Source: an uncultured Rhodospirillaceae bacterium (GTDB lineage Bacteria; Pseudomonadota; Alphaproteobacteria; GCA-2731375). From it: a DNA stretch of 64,000 nt. The notes under the pieces were generated by a model. That model worked only from the letters and a program-made list of their open reading frames with translations, made no database searches and was not told the origin of the DNA. Positions 28,855 to 38,293 of this stretch are shown here, piece after piece. The stretch lies in the NCBI GenBank assembly GCA_964590195.1, contig CAZPWJ010000001.1, positions 89,686-153,685 on the forward strand. The letters run 5' to 3'. Position 1 is the first letter of the stretch. Every line of letters starts with the position of its first letter. Both the position numbers and the translations under genes were made by a program.

Positions 28855-30039
28855 TTGGCGTCGAATTCACCGTTGCAGGAACAAATATTCGATTTCGTCA
28901 TTATCGGCGCCGGCATGGCGGGCGCCTCCGCCGCCTACTTCCTTGCCCAGGAGGGCGAGGGGGCGGGGGAAAACCGCGTGCTGCTGCTGGAGATGGAGGC
29001 GCAACCCGGCTACCACACCACGGGCCGCTCCGCCGCCCTGTATACGGAAGCCTATGGCAATGCCGCGATCCGCGCCCTGACCTCCGCCGGGAGGGATTTT
29101 CTTATGAACCCCCCAGAAGGCTTCAGCGAGATGCCGCTGTTGACGCCCCGTGGCGTCATGTTCATTGGCCGCGAGGATCAACAGGCAGTCCTGGACGAGG
29201 TCTATACCTCCGCCGCCCAGCTTGTGGAAACCATGCAGCGCTTAAGCGAGGCGGAGGTGCGCGGGCGCATACCAGCGGTGCGCCCCGGTTACGCCGCCGC
29301 CGGGGTACTGGAAGCGGACGCTATGGATATGGATGTGAACGCCCTGCATCAGGGCTTTCTGCGCGGTGCGCGCCGCAACGGTGCTGAATTGAGGACGAAT
29401 GCGCGGGTTGATAATCTGATCCGGGTCGATGATGTCTGGCGGATCAGCATTGGCGATGCCGAGATCATGGCCAGAGTGGTGATCAACGCCGCCGGGGCTT
29501 GGTGCGATGAAATCGCCGCTTTGGCCGGCGCCGAAACGGTTGGTCTGGTGCCAAAACGGCGCACGGCCATTTTGTTCGACGGGCCGGCGGAAGAGGCTTT
29601 CGCCGCCTGGCCGGCCTTGATCGATGCCGACGAGGAATTCTATGCCCGGCCCGAAAGCGGCGCCCTGATGGGCTCGCCGGCGGACGAGACACCAATGGAG
29701 CCATGCGATGTGCAGCCCGACGAACTGGACATCGCCATTGCGGTGGACCGTCTGCAACAGGCGACCAGCCTGGAAATTCCCCGGATAATCCGCAGCTGGG
29801 CGGGTCTGCGGTCCTTCGTGGACGATAAGACGCCGGTGGTCGGCTTCGATGCAAAGGTGGATGGCTTTTTCTGGCTGGCGGGCCAGGGCGGCTATGGCAT
29901 TCAGACGGCGCCATCCATGGGGCGGGTCACGGCGGCCCTGGCACTGGGCCGGGAAATTCCCGACGACCTGAAAACATTCGGCGTTGCGGCGGGTGATCTG
30001 TCGCCGGCGCGGGCTACGCTGCGCAACGGAAAGAAATAA
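28855..30039 (+). CDS. FAD-dependent oxidoreductase (DAO / D-amino-acid-oxidase-like)
   Basis: N-terminal FDFVIIGAGMAGASAAYFLA dinucleotide-binding motif; DAO-family length. Confidence 0.8.
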   Translation: MASNSPLQEQIFDFVIIGAGMAGASAAYFLAQEGEGAGENRVLLLEMEAQPGYHTTGRSAALYTEAYGNAAIRALTSAGRDFLMNPPEGFSEMPLLTPRGVMFIGREDQQAVLDEVYTSAAQLVETMQRLSEAEVRGRIPAVRPGYAAAGVLEADAMDMDVNALHQGFLRGARRNGAELRTNARVDNLIRVDDVWRISIGDAEIMARVVINAAGAWCDEIAALAGAETVGLVPKRRTAILFDGPAEEAFAAWPALIDADEEFYARPESGALMGSPADETPMEPCDVQPDELDIAIAVDRLQQATSLEIPRIIRSWAGLRSFVDDKTPVVGFDAKVDGFFWLAGQGGYGIQTAPSMGRVTAALALGREIPDDLKTFGVAAGDLSPARATLRNGKK

Positions 30040-30041
30040 GC

Positions 30042-31502
30042 ATGAAGACCTTCATTGCCTGCCTAGGCACGGAAACCAATACCTTCTCGCCAATCCCAAC
30101 GGGTCTGCAGAACTTTCAGGACACCATGCTGCATCATGGCGATGCCACCCAGGCGCCGGCGGACCTGCACACCGCGCCCCTGATCGTCTGGCGCGATTTA
30201 GCCGAAGCCGATGGCGGCGAGGTGGTGGAAAGCCTGGCTACCTTTGCCCAGCCCGCCGGCATCACGGTGCGCAAGGTCTATGAAGCCCTGCGCGATGAGA
30301 TTTTAGCGGACCTGAAGGCCGCCCTGCCAGTGGATCTGGTGCTGTTGAACATGCATGGCGCCATGGTCGCCGACGGCTACGACGACTGCGAGGGCGACCT
30401 GCTGGCCTGCTGCCGGGAGCTTGCCGGGCCGGATGCGGTGATTGGCGGCGAGTTGGACCTGCATTGTTCCATCACGCCCGAGATGCTGGCGGCGGCGGAT
30501 GCCTTGATCACCTACAAGGAATATCCCCATATCGACACCAAGGAACGGGCAGCCGAGCTGTACGCCCTCTGCCGCGATGCCAAGCTGGGCAAGACCGCCC
30601 CGGTAATGGCCGTGCATGACTGCCGCATGGTCAGCACCTGGCGCACCCCGGTGGAGCCCATGAAGGCCTTTGTCGCCCGCATGCAGGCCCTGGAAGGCAG
30701 GGATGGCATTCTATCGGTCTCGTTCGGGCATGGCTTTCCCTGGGGCGATGTGCCCTGCGTCACGGCCCGGATGCTGGTCATCGCCGATGGCGACGGGGAA
30801 AAGGCCAAGGACCTGGCACGGCAATTGGGGCAGGAGATCTGGGGTCTGCGCCATGAAACCGCGCCCATCACCATGCCGTACCAAGACGCCCTGCGCCGGG
30901 CGGCGGCGGCGGCGTCGGGCCCGGTGGTGGTGGCGGATATCGCGGACAACGCCGGCGGCGGCGCACCATCGGATTCGACTTTCCTGTTGCGGGAAATTCT
31001 CGACACCGGCCTGACCGACAATATCAGCGGCCTGTATTGGGACCCCTTGGCGATCCGCCTGTGCAAGGAGGCAGGCACCGGCGCGCGGCTGAACCTGCGC
31101 ATCGGCGGCAAATGTTGCCGGGAATCCGGCGCCCCCGTGGACCTGGATGTCGAGGTAAAGGGCATCATCGAAAATGCCACGCAGCCGTTCGGCAGCGTCA
31201 CCCAGCAGATGGGCGATGCGGTCTGGCTGCGGGCGGCGGACAATGTCAATCTGGTCCTGAACTCCATCCGGGGCCAGACCTTTCACCCGGACGCCTTCAG
31301 CCAGTTCGGCATTGACCTGGCCAGCCTGAAGATCATCATCCCGAAATCGTCACAGCATTTCCATGCCGGTTTCGCGCCGATCGCGGCGCAGGTCCTCTAT
31401 GCCACCTCCCCCGGTACCTTGAACATGGATTTCGCCGCTATGGGGTTCAGCAAGCTGGCGACGCCGTTCTGGCCCAACGTGGACGATCCGTACGATAGCT
31501 AG
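30042..31502 (+). CDS. M81-family metallopeptidase-like protein (MlrC / microcystinase C-like, DUF1485+DUF1446)
   Basis: N-terminal MKTFIACLGTETNTFSP typical of MlrC-like proteins; about 486 aa; start 3 nt after the upstream stop (operon with the FAD oxidoreductase). Confidence 0.75.
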   Translation: MKTFIACLGTETNTFSPIPTGLQNFQDTMLHHGDATQAPADLHTAPLIVWRDLAEADGGEVVESLATFAQPAGITVRKVYEALRDEILADLKAALPVDLVLLNMHGAMVADGYDDCEGDLLACCRELAGPDAVIGGELDLHCSITPEMLAAADALITYKEYPHIDTKERAAELYALCRDAKLGKTAPVMAVHDCRMVSTWRTPVEPMKAFVARMQALEGRDGILSVSFGHGFPWGDVPCVTARMLVIADGDGEKAKDLARQLGQEIWGLRHETAPITMPYQDALRRAAAAASGPVVVADIADNAGGGAPSDSTFLLREILDTGLTDNISGLYWDPLAIRLCKEAGTGARLNLRIGGKCCRESGAPVDLDVEVKGIIENATQPFGSVTQQMGDAVWLRAADNVNLVLNSIRGQTFHPDAFSQFGIDLASLKIIIPKSSQHFHAGFAPIAAQVLYATSPGTLNMDFAAMGFSKLATPFWPNVDDPYDS

Positions 31503-31506
31503 ACAT

Positions 31507-31621
31507 TTTCGAGATTGAGCGAACCGACCCCGCCCCTCCCCCCAAGAGCTTTGTGGCACCCACAGGGTACCATTAACAGGTGGCCGGGAGAGGGCGGGGG
31601 CGGGTCGCTCAATCTCGAGAA
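31507..31621. repeat. Large GC-rich imperfect palindrome (arms about 36 nt, loop about 42 nt with inner TGTGG/CCACA hairpin) filling the mlrC-like/rimI convergent gap; probable bidirectional terminator or REP-like element
   Basis: Left arm TTTTCGAGATTGAGCGAACCGACCCCGCCCCTCCCC (31507-31542). Right arm GGGAGAGGGCGGGGGCGGGTCGCTCAATCTCGAGAA (31586-31621). 17 perfectly complementary outer bp plus a G/C-rich imperfect inner stem; the right arm overlaps the last codons of rimI. Confidence 0.6.
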
Positions 31622-32097
31622 TAGCCTAGGGACCGGCGCATGATTATGGCGTCCGTCCCGTCATCGGGCCCTTCGCCTTTTGTCCCTCGATAATAACCCT
31701 TCCTTCGCCCAACGGGGATGAAGGCGGCGGAGTGGTAGAGTGCGATCGCCGGCGCGTTGTCCGCGGCAACCTCAAGCAACAAATCCTCGACACACAGCGA
31801 TCGGGCCTGCGCCACGATCGCATCCAAAAGAGCGGCGCCGGCGCCCAAATTGCGTCTGGCAGGCACGACGCCCAGGGTGATGACTTCGCATTCGCCGCCG
31901 CCCGCCCGCGCCAAGGCAAAGCCGGCGGGTATCGGCTGTTCCAACTCGTAGCTGTTGGCAACGAAGGCAAAGGCGCCGGGCATGGCCAAAAGCGCGGCGA
32001 ACGCATCCTCCGTCCAGGCTTCGGAAAAGCACAGGCCGTGCAGCCTGGCCAGCAAGGCGCAACTGCTTGGTCCCGCAGGGTTGATTTCAGGGATCAT
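31609..32097 (-). CDS. rimI: Ribosomal-protein-alanine N-acetyltransferase (GNAT)
   Basis: GNAT motif A RRNLGAGAALL; 4-nt overlap with tsaB (typical tsaB-rimI arrangement). Confidence 0.85.
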   Translation of the reverse strand: MIPEINPAGPSSCALLARLHGLCFSEAWTEDAFAALLAMPGAFAFVANSYELEQPIPAGFALARAGGGECEVITLGVVPARRNLGAGAALLDAIVAQARSLCVEDLLLEVAADNAPAIALYHSAAFIPVGRRKGYYRGTKGEGPDDGTDAIIMRRSLGYSRD

Positions 32098-32789
32098 TTT
32101 GGTGCTGGGTCTGGCAGGCGGGCATCGGGCGCCCGCAAGTATAGCGGCGCCGGCGGTTGGCGGCTGGCCCGCTGGCGCCATGCTTCCGCCGCCACGGCCA
32201 GAACCGCCGCATCGGGCTGTTCGCTACCCTCGGCGGCCCGCCAGCTAGGCATTTCGGCCTGCAACAGGGCCGCGCCGGTACCGACGATCAGGCCAGGTGT
32301 CAGATCGGGGGCGGCGTCGGATATGGCGGCGAGCGGTATGATTTCGCTGCCAAGCTTTCTTGCCGCGGCGTCGGTCAAAGGTTGGCCGCCGGCATCGAAA
32401 ACCTGGGTATAGAGCTCACCACGGCGGGCGTCGATCGCGGCAATGATGCCGTTGCCGTCGAATGCCGGCTGTGTGCGAACGGCGCCCTGGGCCAACAGTT
32501 CCAAGGTGCCGACGCCGAGGATCGGCAACTCGTGCACCAGGGCCAGGGCACGGGCCGCCGCCAGGCCGACGCGAACGCCGGTAAAGGTGCCAGGGCCAAT
32601 GGTCACGGCAAGCAAGTCCAGTTCCGCGAAATCTACCCCCGCCTGCTGCCGCACCGCCTCGATTATGGGCAGCAATTGTTCGGCGTGGCCACGTTGCATC
32701 AATACATGGCGCTGGGCCAGCAATGTACCGCCGTGGGAAATCGCGGCGGAACAGGCCTGTTGCGTGGTGTCAAAAGCCAGAATGGGCAT
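32094..32789 (-). CDS. tsaB: tRNA threonylcarbamoyladenosine biosynthesis protein TsaB (YeaZ)
   Basis: MPILAFDTTQQACSAAI… Kae1/YeaZ fold without metal-binding His pair; coupled to rimI. Confidence 0.85.
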   Translation of the reverse strand: MPILAFDTTQQACSAAISHGGTLLAQRHVLMQRGHAEQLLPIIEAVRQQAGVDFAELDLLAVTIGPGTFTGVRVGLAAARALALVHELPILGVGTLELLAQGAVRTQPAFDGNGIIAAIDARRGELYTQVFDAGGQPLTDAAARKLGSEIIPLAAISDAAPDLTPGLIVGTGAALLQAEMPSWRAAEGSEQPDAAVLAVAAEAWRQRASRQPPAPLYLRAPDARLPDPAPK

Positions 32790-32832
32790 GGCCCGAATGC
32801 CTCGCGTCCCTTTGCCGGACCGGATGGCGGAT

Positions 32833-33426
32833 CTAGATCACTTCGGCGGCGTCGTCGAAGGCCAGCCGCGGCTTGCGCGGCGGCAAGGCGGCGGGGTCGC
32901 CATGGCCCAGATTGCACAGAAAATTCACCCGCAGGCTGCTGTCGGCGAAGAACTCATTGTTGACCCCATCCGCATCAAAGCCGGACATCGGTCCGCAATC
33001 CAGACCCAGGGCGCGGGCGGCAATAATCATGTAGGCGCCCTGCAGGGTACTGTTGCGAAACGCCGTTTCCAGCAATTTTTCGTCGTTGCCCTCGAACCAG
33101 GTGCGGACTTCGTCGTTGCCTGGCCATAGGGTCTCGAACTTGTCGCAGAAGGCGAGGTCATAGGCAACAATGGCGACGACGGGGGCGGTCATGGTCTGTG
33201 TCAGGTTGCCGGCGCTTAGGTGAGGGCGCAACCGTTCCTTCGCCTCGTCGGAGCGTAGAAACAGGAAGCGTCCCGGTGAACCATTGGCCGACGTTGGTCC
33301 CAGGCTCAATAGTTCATAGAGCGCCTGCAAGGTAATTTCCGACACCGGCCGGTCTAGCCAAACCCCATGGGTGCGCCCGTCGCGGAAAATGATGTCGAAG
33401 CTCTTGTCGTTTACAATTCCGCTCAT
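32833..33426 (-). CDS. Nitroreductase-family protein (RutE/YdjA-like malonic semialdehyde reductase type)
   Basis: About 197 aa; nitroreductase fold; RutE-like N-terminus (…GVWLDRPVSEITLQALYELL…). Confidence 0.75.
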   Translation of the reverse strand: MSGIVNDKSFDIIFRDGRTHGVWLDRPVSEITLQALYELLSLGPTSANGSPGRFLFLRSDEAKERLRPHLSAGNLTQTMTAPVVAIVAYDLAFCDKFETLWPGNDEVRTWFEGNDEKLLETAFRNSTLQGAYMIIAARALGLDCGPMSGFDADGVNNEFFADSSLRVNFLCNLGHGDPAALPPRKPRLAFDDAAEVI

Positions 33427-33558
33427 CTTGCCTTCCTCGCTGTCCCGCCGGGATATCCGGTTTCGCTATCTTTCCACTGGCCATTTTTACAGTGATAAGA
33501 ATAAATTGGAATTAAGATACTTTGGTCTAATTAGGCAAACGCCTTAAACACATCTATC

Positions 33559-34662
33559 ATGCAATTTATGTGCGGCAAATATCGACTCTCGATCATTGGG
33601 GCCTGGACTGGCAAAAAGCTGATTTGTCCGGGCCTAATTCTGCTTTTTATACTGTTGGGCGGTTTTAATCCGGGCCTGATGGCACGGCGTGCCCAGGCGG
33701 GCGAGATGGTCTCGTCGGCGGTCATATTCATGTACCACCGCTTTGGCGAAGCAGACTATCCCTCGACCAATGTCAGAATAGAGCAATTCGCGGCCCATCT
33801 GGCCGAGATCAAGGCGGGCGGCTACAATGTCATGCCTTTGCCGGATATCATCGCTACGTTTCGCCGCCAGGAAACCCTGCCCGAGCGCACCATCGCATTG
33901 ACCATCGACGATGCCTTTCTCTCGGTGCACGACCGGGCCTGGCCCATGCTGGCCAAGGCGGGCCTGCCCTTTACCCTGTTCGTGGCCACCAACGCCATTG
34001 ATGCCAAACGGCCGGGGCACATGACTTGGGCGCAGTTGCGGGCCATGGCGGCGGCGGGCGTAAGCATTGGCAACCATACCGGCAGTCACGGCCATTTGCC
34101 CGATGCCAGCCAGGAGCGCCTGGAGGAGGAACTGACCCGCTCCAACGCACGCTTTCGTGCCGAACTGGGCTTCGCGCCGAAATTGCTGGCCTATCCCTAT
34201 GGCGAATTCGGCCTGCGCGAGAAAAAGGCGGCCCAGGCGGCGGGTTTCATCGCGGCCTTTGGCCAGCATTCGGGCGTTGCCCACAGCGGCGAGGATCTTT
34301 ACGGCTTGCCCCGGTTTGCCTTAAACGAACGTTTTGCCGGGGTCGAGCGCTTTCGCCTTGCGGGCAACGGCCTGCCGTTGCCGGTCAGCGATGTGCTGCC
34401 CGCTGATACGGTATTGCGCGGCGACAATCCGCCGGCCTTTGGCTTCACCGTGGCGGAAAGCATCGGCAGCCTGCGAACCCTGGCCTGTTTCGCCTCCAAT
34501 CAAGCAACCGCGGCGCAATTGGAGCGTTTGGGCAGCCGTCGTTTCGAAGTCCGCCTGGAAAAGCCCTTCGCTCCCGGCCGGGGCAGAATCAATTGTACAC
34601 TGCGGGCAAAAGACGCGCGCTGGCGCTGGTTCGGAACACCATTCTATATTCCCAAGAAATAG
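33559..34662 (+). CDS. Polysaccharide deacetylase (NodB-homology, PgaB/peptidoglycan deacetylase-like) with N-terminal signal/anchor
   Basis: NodB motifs TIDDAF (TFDDG-like) and HTGSHGH. Hydrophobic N-terminus; start uncertain. Confidence 0.75.
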   Translation: MQFMCGKYRLSIIGAWTGKKLICPGLILLFILLGGFNPGLMARRAQAGEMVSSAVIFMYHRFGEADYPSTNVRIEQFAAHLAEIKAGGYNVMPLPDIIATFRRQETLPERTIALTIDDAFLSVHDRAWPMLAKAGLPFTLFVATNAIDAKRPGHMTWAQLRAMAAAGVSIGNHTGSHGHLPDASQERLEEELTRSNARFRAELGFAPKLLAYPYGEFGLREKKAAQAAGFIAAFGQHSGVAHSGEDLYGLPRFALNERFAGVERFRLAGNGLPLPVSDVLPADTVLRGDNPPAFGFTVAESIGSLRTLACFASNQATAAQLERLGSRRFEVRLEKPFAPGRGRINCTLRAKDARWRWFGTPFYIPKK

Positions 34663-34730
34663 GCATTCCCAAGAAATAAGCATCCCCGGGACATGGCCGC
34701 CAGGCAAGGTCGCGCTTCATTTCGATATTA

Positions 34731-35828
34731 TTAAGACGGCTGGCGACCGCCGCTTAGACCTGTATCGGCGGGCAGCAACCGCACATCGTCGAAATCGTGC
34801 AGGCGGTTGGCCCGCATGATTACGCGGATGGTCTTGATATACTTATGACCCCGTTCGGAATAGCGTTCCAAGGCCCCGGTTAAGGCATAACCACTCAATG
34901 GTTTGCCACTGTCACGCAAGGCCGCGCGCTTACTGCGCAATGTTTTGTAAGCGAAATGAGTATTTAGGTTCCAAACATAGGACCGTACCGAGGTGTACAG
35001 GCTGTTGAACGCCTTGACCTCATAGCGCTGTCCCTGTGCCCGGCGTAGAGGCACCAGACCAGCGCCTTTGCGGAAGGTTCGTTGACCGAATACCGCGTTG
35101 CCCTGGCGGGCAAAGCGCGAAGTGCCCCAGCCGGACTCTTCCGCCCCCTGGGCCAGGGCCAGCGAGGCCGGGATAACATCGACCCGTTGGCGCAGCTCGT
35201 CCAGATCGCCTTCGGGCGCTTCGTACTGCGCCGCCAAATGAACCAGAAATGCCTTTTCGCTGGGCAATAGTTTGTTTTGCCTGCCTTTCCGTGCGAGCAG
35301 AGATAGCATGCGCTGGCGTTCCGCCCGCACCTCTTCATTGGCGCGCAGAACGAGGGGCAGCACGGTCTTGATAAAAATTTCCTTGCGCAGCTTGGGCGAG
35401 CGCAACTTCGCCAGTTTCGCCGGGAAGCGGCTCAAATACACCGGCGGCACCGCCGCTTTGCCCCGTCGCAAAGCTGTCAGGGACAAGTCCAGCAATTCCT
35501 GACTGTTGAAGCGCCGGCCATGGCGCCAATCAAGGCGTTGTCCGGGCAGGGCCGCCAAACTGGCCAGCTGCAATGGTTTATCATTGCCTTGGCCCAGATG
35601 GGGCATTTCCAATGCGGGCATGGATGCGATCCCACTGATCGCGGGATGAAAAGCGGGCGTGGCGAACAAATTTATCTCGCTGACGCCAAATGCCGCGCCG
35701 CGCACCATTTTCGCCACGGCGAAAGATGGGCCTGAAAGGGTCGGACCCACAAAAACCTGACCGGCACAGACAACGGCAAGTGCGGCGGCCATGACAGCCT
35801 GATTTCCAATCTTCATCGTCAACGCCAT
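34731..35828 (-). CDS. Bax-family protein with glucosaminidase (mannosyl-glycoprotein endo-beta-N-acetylglucosaminidase-like) domain
   Basis: Signal-like N-terminus; EESGWGTSRFA glucosaminidase motif (FlgJ/Bax-like). Start uncertain (35816-35894). Confidence 0.7.
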   Translation of the reverse strand: MALTMKIGNQAVMAAALAVVCAGQVFVGPTLSGPSFAVAKMVRGAAFGVSEINLFATPAFHPAISGIASMPALEMPHLGQGNDKPLQLASLAALPGQRLDWRHGRRFNSQELLDLSLTALRRGKAAVPPVYLSRFPAKLAKLRSPKLRKEIFIKTVLPLVLRANEEVRAERQRMLSLLARKGRQNKLLPSEKAFLVHLAAQYEAPEGDLDELRQRVDVIPASLALAQGAEESGWGTSRFARQGNAVFGQRTFRKGAGLVPLRRAQGQRYEVKAFNSLYTSVRSYVWNLNTHFAYKTLRSKRAALRDSGKPLSGYALTGALERYSERGHKYIKTIRVIMRANRLHDFDDVRLLPADTGLSGGRQPS

Positions 35829-36371
35829 TCCCGATTGGCGGCTAGCCGCCAATCCCCTTACACCCGGCCGTTCAAACCATTGTTCGTCGGCCATTTAGTT
35901 TTGTGATCCGGCACATTCAACACACCTCGGCCCGATCCTTACGCTTACGCCCTACATCACAGATTTAATTTTTCTTAACAGTTTATTCATACACTGTTCG
36001 TTATTATCGCAACTGACTGCCGAAGTGTTTTCAAATTCTGGGCCGTTATGTCGGACCTTAACCCCAAATTGGTGACACCAGTTGGGTCGATTTGAAAAAA
36101 TTTTGGCGATTCTGCTTGGCTTTTGACGCTTAAGTCGAATTAAACGAGACTATGCGCCATACCGGTTTCCGGTGGCCGGACCGGCCATTCTAGCCGGCGT
36201 CTTTGCTTCTTCACGCCCTTGGTTACGCCAAAAATAAAAAATAATCAAGCCGAGTCATGCCGTTATGTTGGCGCCCAAAGCAATCCAAATATCACCAGAT
36301 TTGACCTCCGCCAGATTTAACCTCCAATTTTCATGGCCACGGTTCGCTGCCGCATTATATCAGACCGCAAA

Positions 36372-36956
36372 TCAGACTGCGCGAACTTCCGTTACCTCCG
36401 GGACGAAGTGCAGCAGCATCCTTTCGATGCCGTTTTTCAGGGTAATGGTAGCGCTGGGACAGCCGGCGCAGGCGCCGCGCATGTGCAGATAAACCACGCC
36501 CTCTTCGAAGGAATGAAAGACAATATCGCCGCCGTCCTGGGCCACCACGGGCCGCACGCGGGTTTCCAGCAGCTCGTTGATTTGCGCCACCACCTCACCG
36601 TCGGCTCCGTTCGCCCCGGCCCCTTCCAGAATTTTTTCAGCACCGGTTGATGCGTCGTCGTTGTCTACTAACGCATTGATAATAACCGGTAATCCCTGGC
36701 TGAAATGCGCCATCAATGCGCCCAGGATCAAGGGCTTCAGATGAAACCACTCGGCCTCGTCCTTGGTAACCGAAACGAAATCATGGCCCAGGAATACGCC
36801 ACTTACGCCTTCGATGGCGAATAGGCTCTGCGCCAGGGGCGAGGCCTGCGCTTCCCCTTCGCTGCGATAATCAAAAGTGCCCGAAGGCAGCACGGTTACG
36901 CCAGGCAGAAATTTCAAGGTTTCAGGATTTGGTGTGGGTTCAGTTTGAATGAACAT
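36372..36956 (-). CDS. NifU-like Fe-S cluster assembly protein (Nfu)
   Basis: C-terminal Nfu domain with GACAGCPSA CxxC motif; N-terminal Nfu_N-like domain. Confidence 0.85.
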   Translation of the reverse strand: MFIQTEPTPNPETLKFLPGVTVLPSGTFDYRSEGEAQASPLAQSLFAIEGVSGVFLGHDFVSVTKDEAEWFHLKPLILGALMAHFSQGLPVIINALVDNDDASTGAEKILEGAGANGADGEVVAQINELLETRVRPVVAQDGGDIVFHSFEEGVVYLHMRGACAGCPSATITLKNGIERMLLHFVPEVTEVRAV

Positions 36957-37089
36957 TTCGCTACCCCGTCACTGCCCTAATTGCCGGTCCCCTTCGGTCA
37001 GGTGTGGCAATTAGGACAGTCCCGAGGTCTGACGTCAAGTTCAAGGGTATGCGGCGATTCGTCGCCGCATTACACCACTGCTTCTAATT

Positions 37090-38160
37090 TTATCCGGCTC
37101 CTTCGCGCCGCTCCCGCTCCGCCGCGATCAGGGCCGCCTTGCGTTCCAGTCCCCAGCGGTAACCGCCCAGCCCGCCGTCGCCCCGCACCACCCGGTGACA
37201 GGGAATAATCAGGGATACCGGGTTGGTGGCGCAGCCCCGGGCCACGGCGCGCCGGGCCGTGGCCTTGCCGCTGATCTGCTCGGCCAACTCGCTATAGGTC
37301 CTGGTTACGCCGCTGGGAATTTGCATCAGTTCCTGCCAGACCCGGCGTTGAAAAGCGGTGCCCTGCACATCAAGGGGCAGATTGGGATGGGGTATGGCGC
37401 CTTCCAGATAGGCCACCACCGTGCGCACCCAGTCCCCCAGTACGATTTCGTCGGCAACGATTTCGGCCAGGGGATATTCCCGGTGCAATTCGGCAATCAG
37501 ATGCGCATCCTCGCCCAGGGACAGAAAACAGACGCCCCGCGCCGTCGCCGCCACCATCAGACGGCCCAGGGGCGATGGGGTAATGGTATAGCCCATGCGC
37601 GCGCCCTTGCCCCCCTTGGCGTAGCTGGCCGGCGTCATGCCCAGCTGGCTGTTGGAGCGTTCATACAGGCGCGAGGCGGCGCCATAGCCCGCGTCATACA
37701 TGGCGTTGGTCACGCTTTCGCCTTGTTTCAGGCCGGCTTTCAGGCGCGACAGGCGGCGGGCATCGCCGTACTGCGCCGGCGTCACGCCCAGCAGGCGCTT
37801 GAAGGTGCGTTGCAGATGATGCGGGCTGCCACCGACGCGCTGGGCGATAGCGGCCAGCGAGGGGCTGCCGTCGGCGCCCTGCTCCAGTTCCTCCTCGATA
37901 AAGCCGCAGATCGCCCGTACCTTTTGCACGGCTGCATCCGGGCTGACGCTTTCCGTCGGTTTGCAGCGCTTGCAGGGGCGGAAACCCTCCTGTTCGGCGG
38001 CCTCGGGCAGATCGAAAAAACGCACGTTGCGGCGTAGGGGCCGGCGCGAGGCGCAGGTCGGGCGGCAATAGATGCCGGTGGAGGTTACGGCGTAAACGAA
38101 GCGGCCATCGGCGGCGCCATCGCGCCCTTGTACGGCCTGCCAGCGGCTTTGATCGGTCAT
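37090..38160 (-). CDS. ada: Bifunctional transcriptional activator / methylated-DNA-protein-cysteine methyltransferase Ada
   Basis: N-terminal Cys4 zinc methylphosphotriester-repair domain (CRPTCASRRP…CKRCKP), AraC-type HTH, C-terminal MGMT domain with PCHRVV active site. Confidence 0.88.
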   Translation of the reverse strand: MTDQSRWQAVQGRDGAADGRFVYAVTSTGIYCRPTCASRRPLRRNVRFFDLPEAAEQEGFRPCKRCKPTESVSPDAAVQKVRAICGFIEEELEQGADGSPSLAAIAQRVGGSPHHLQRTFKRLLGVTPAQYGDARRLSRLKAGLKQGESVTNAMYDAGYGAASRLYERSNSQLGMTPASYAKGGKGARMGYTITPSPLGRLMVAATARGVCFLSLGEDAHLIAELHREYPLAEIVADEIVLGDWVRTVVAYLEGAIPHPNLPLDVQGTAFQRRVWQELMQIPSGVTRTYSELAEQISGKATARRAVARGCATNPVSLIIPCHRVVRGDGGLGGYRWGLERKAALIAAERERREGAG

Positions 38161-38293
38161 GGTGCTGTTCCTTTTGTCTATCATCAACACCCTCCTTTTA
38201 GAAAGCCCGGCAAAACGCCGCTATCCGCCGCTTGCGCTCGATATTATAGTTCATTCCGTAACAGAGTGCATTTGCTGGAACAGGATTGCCGTC

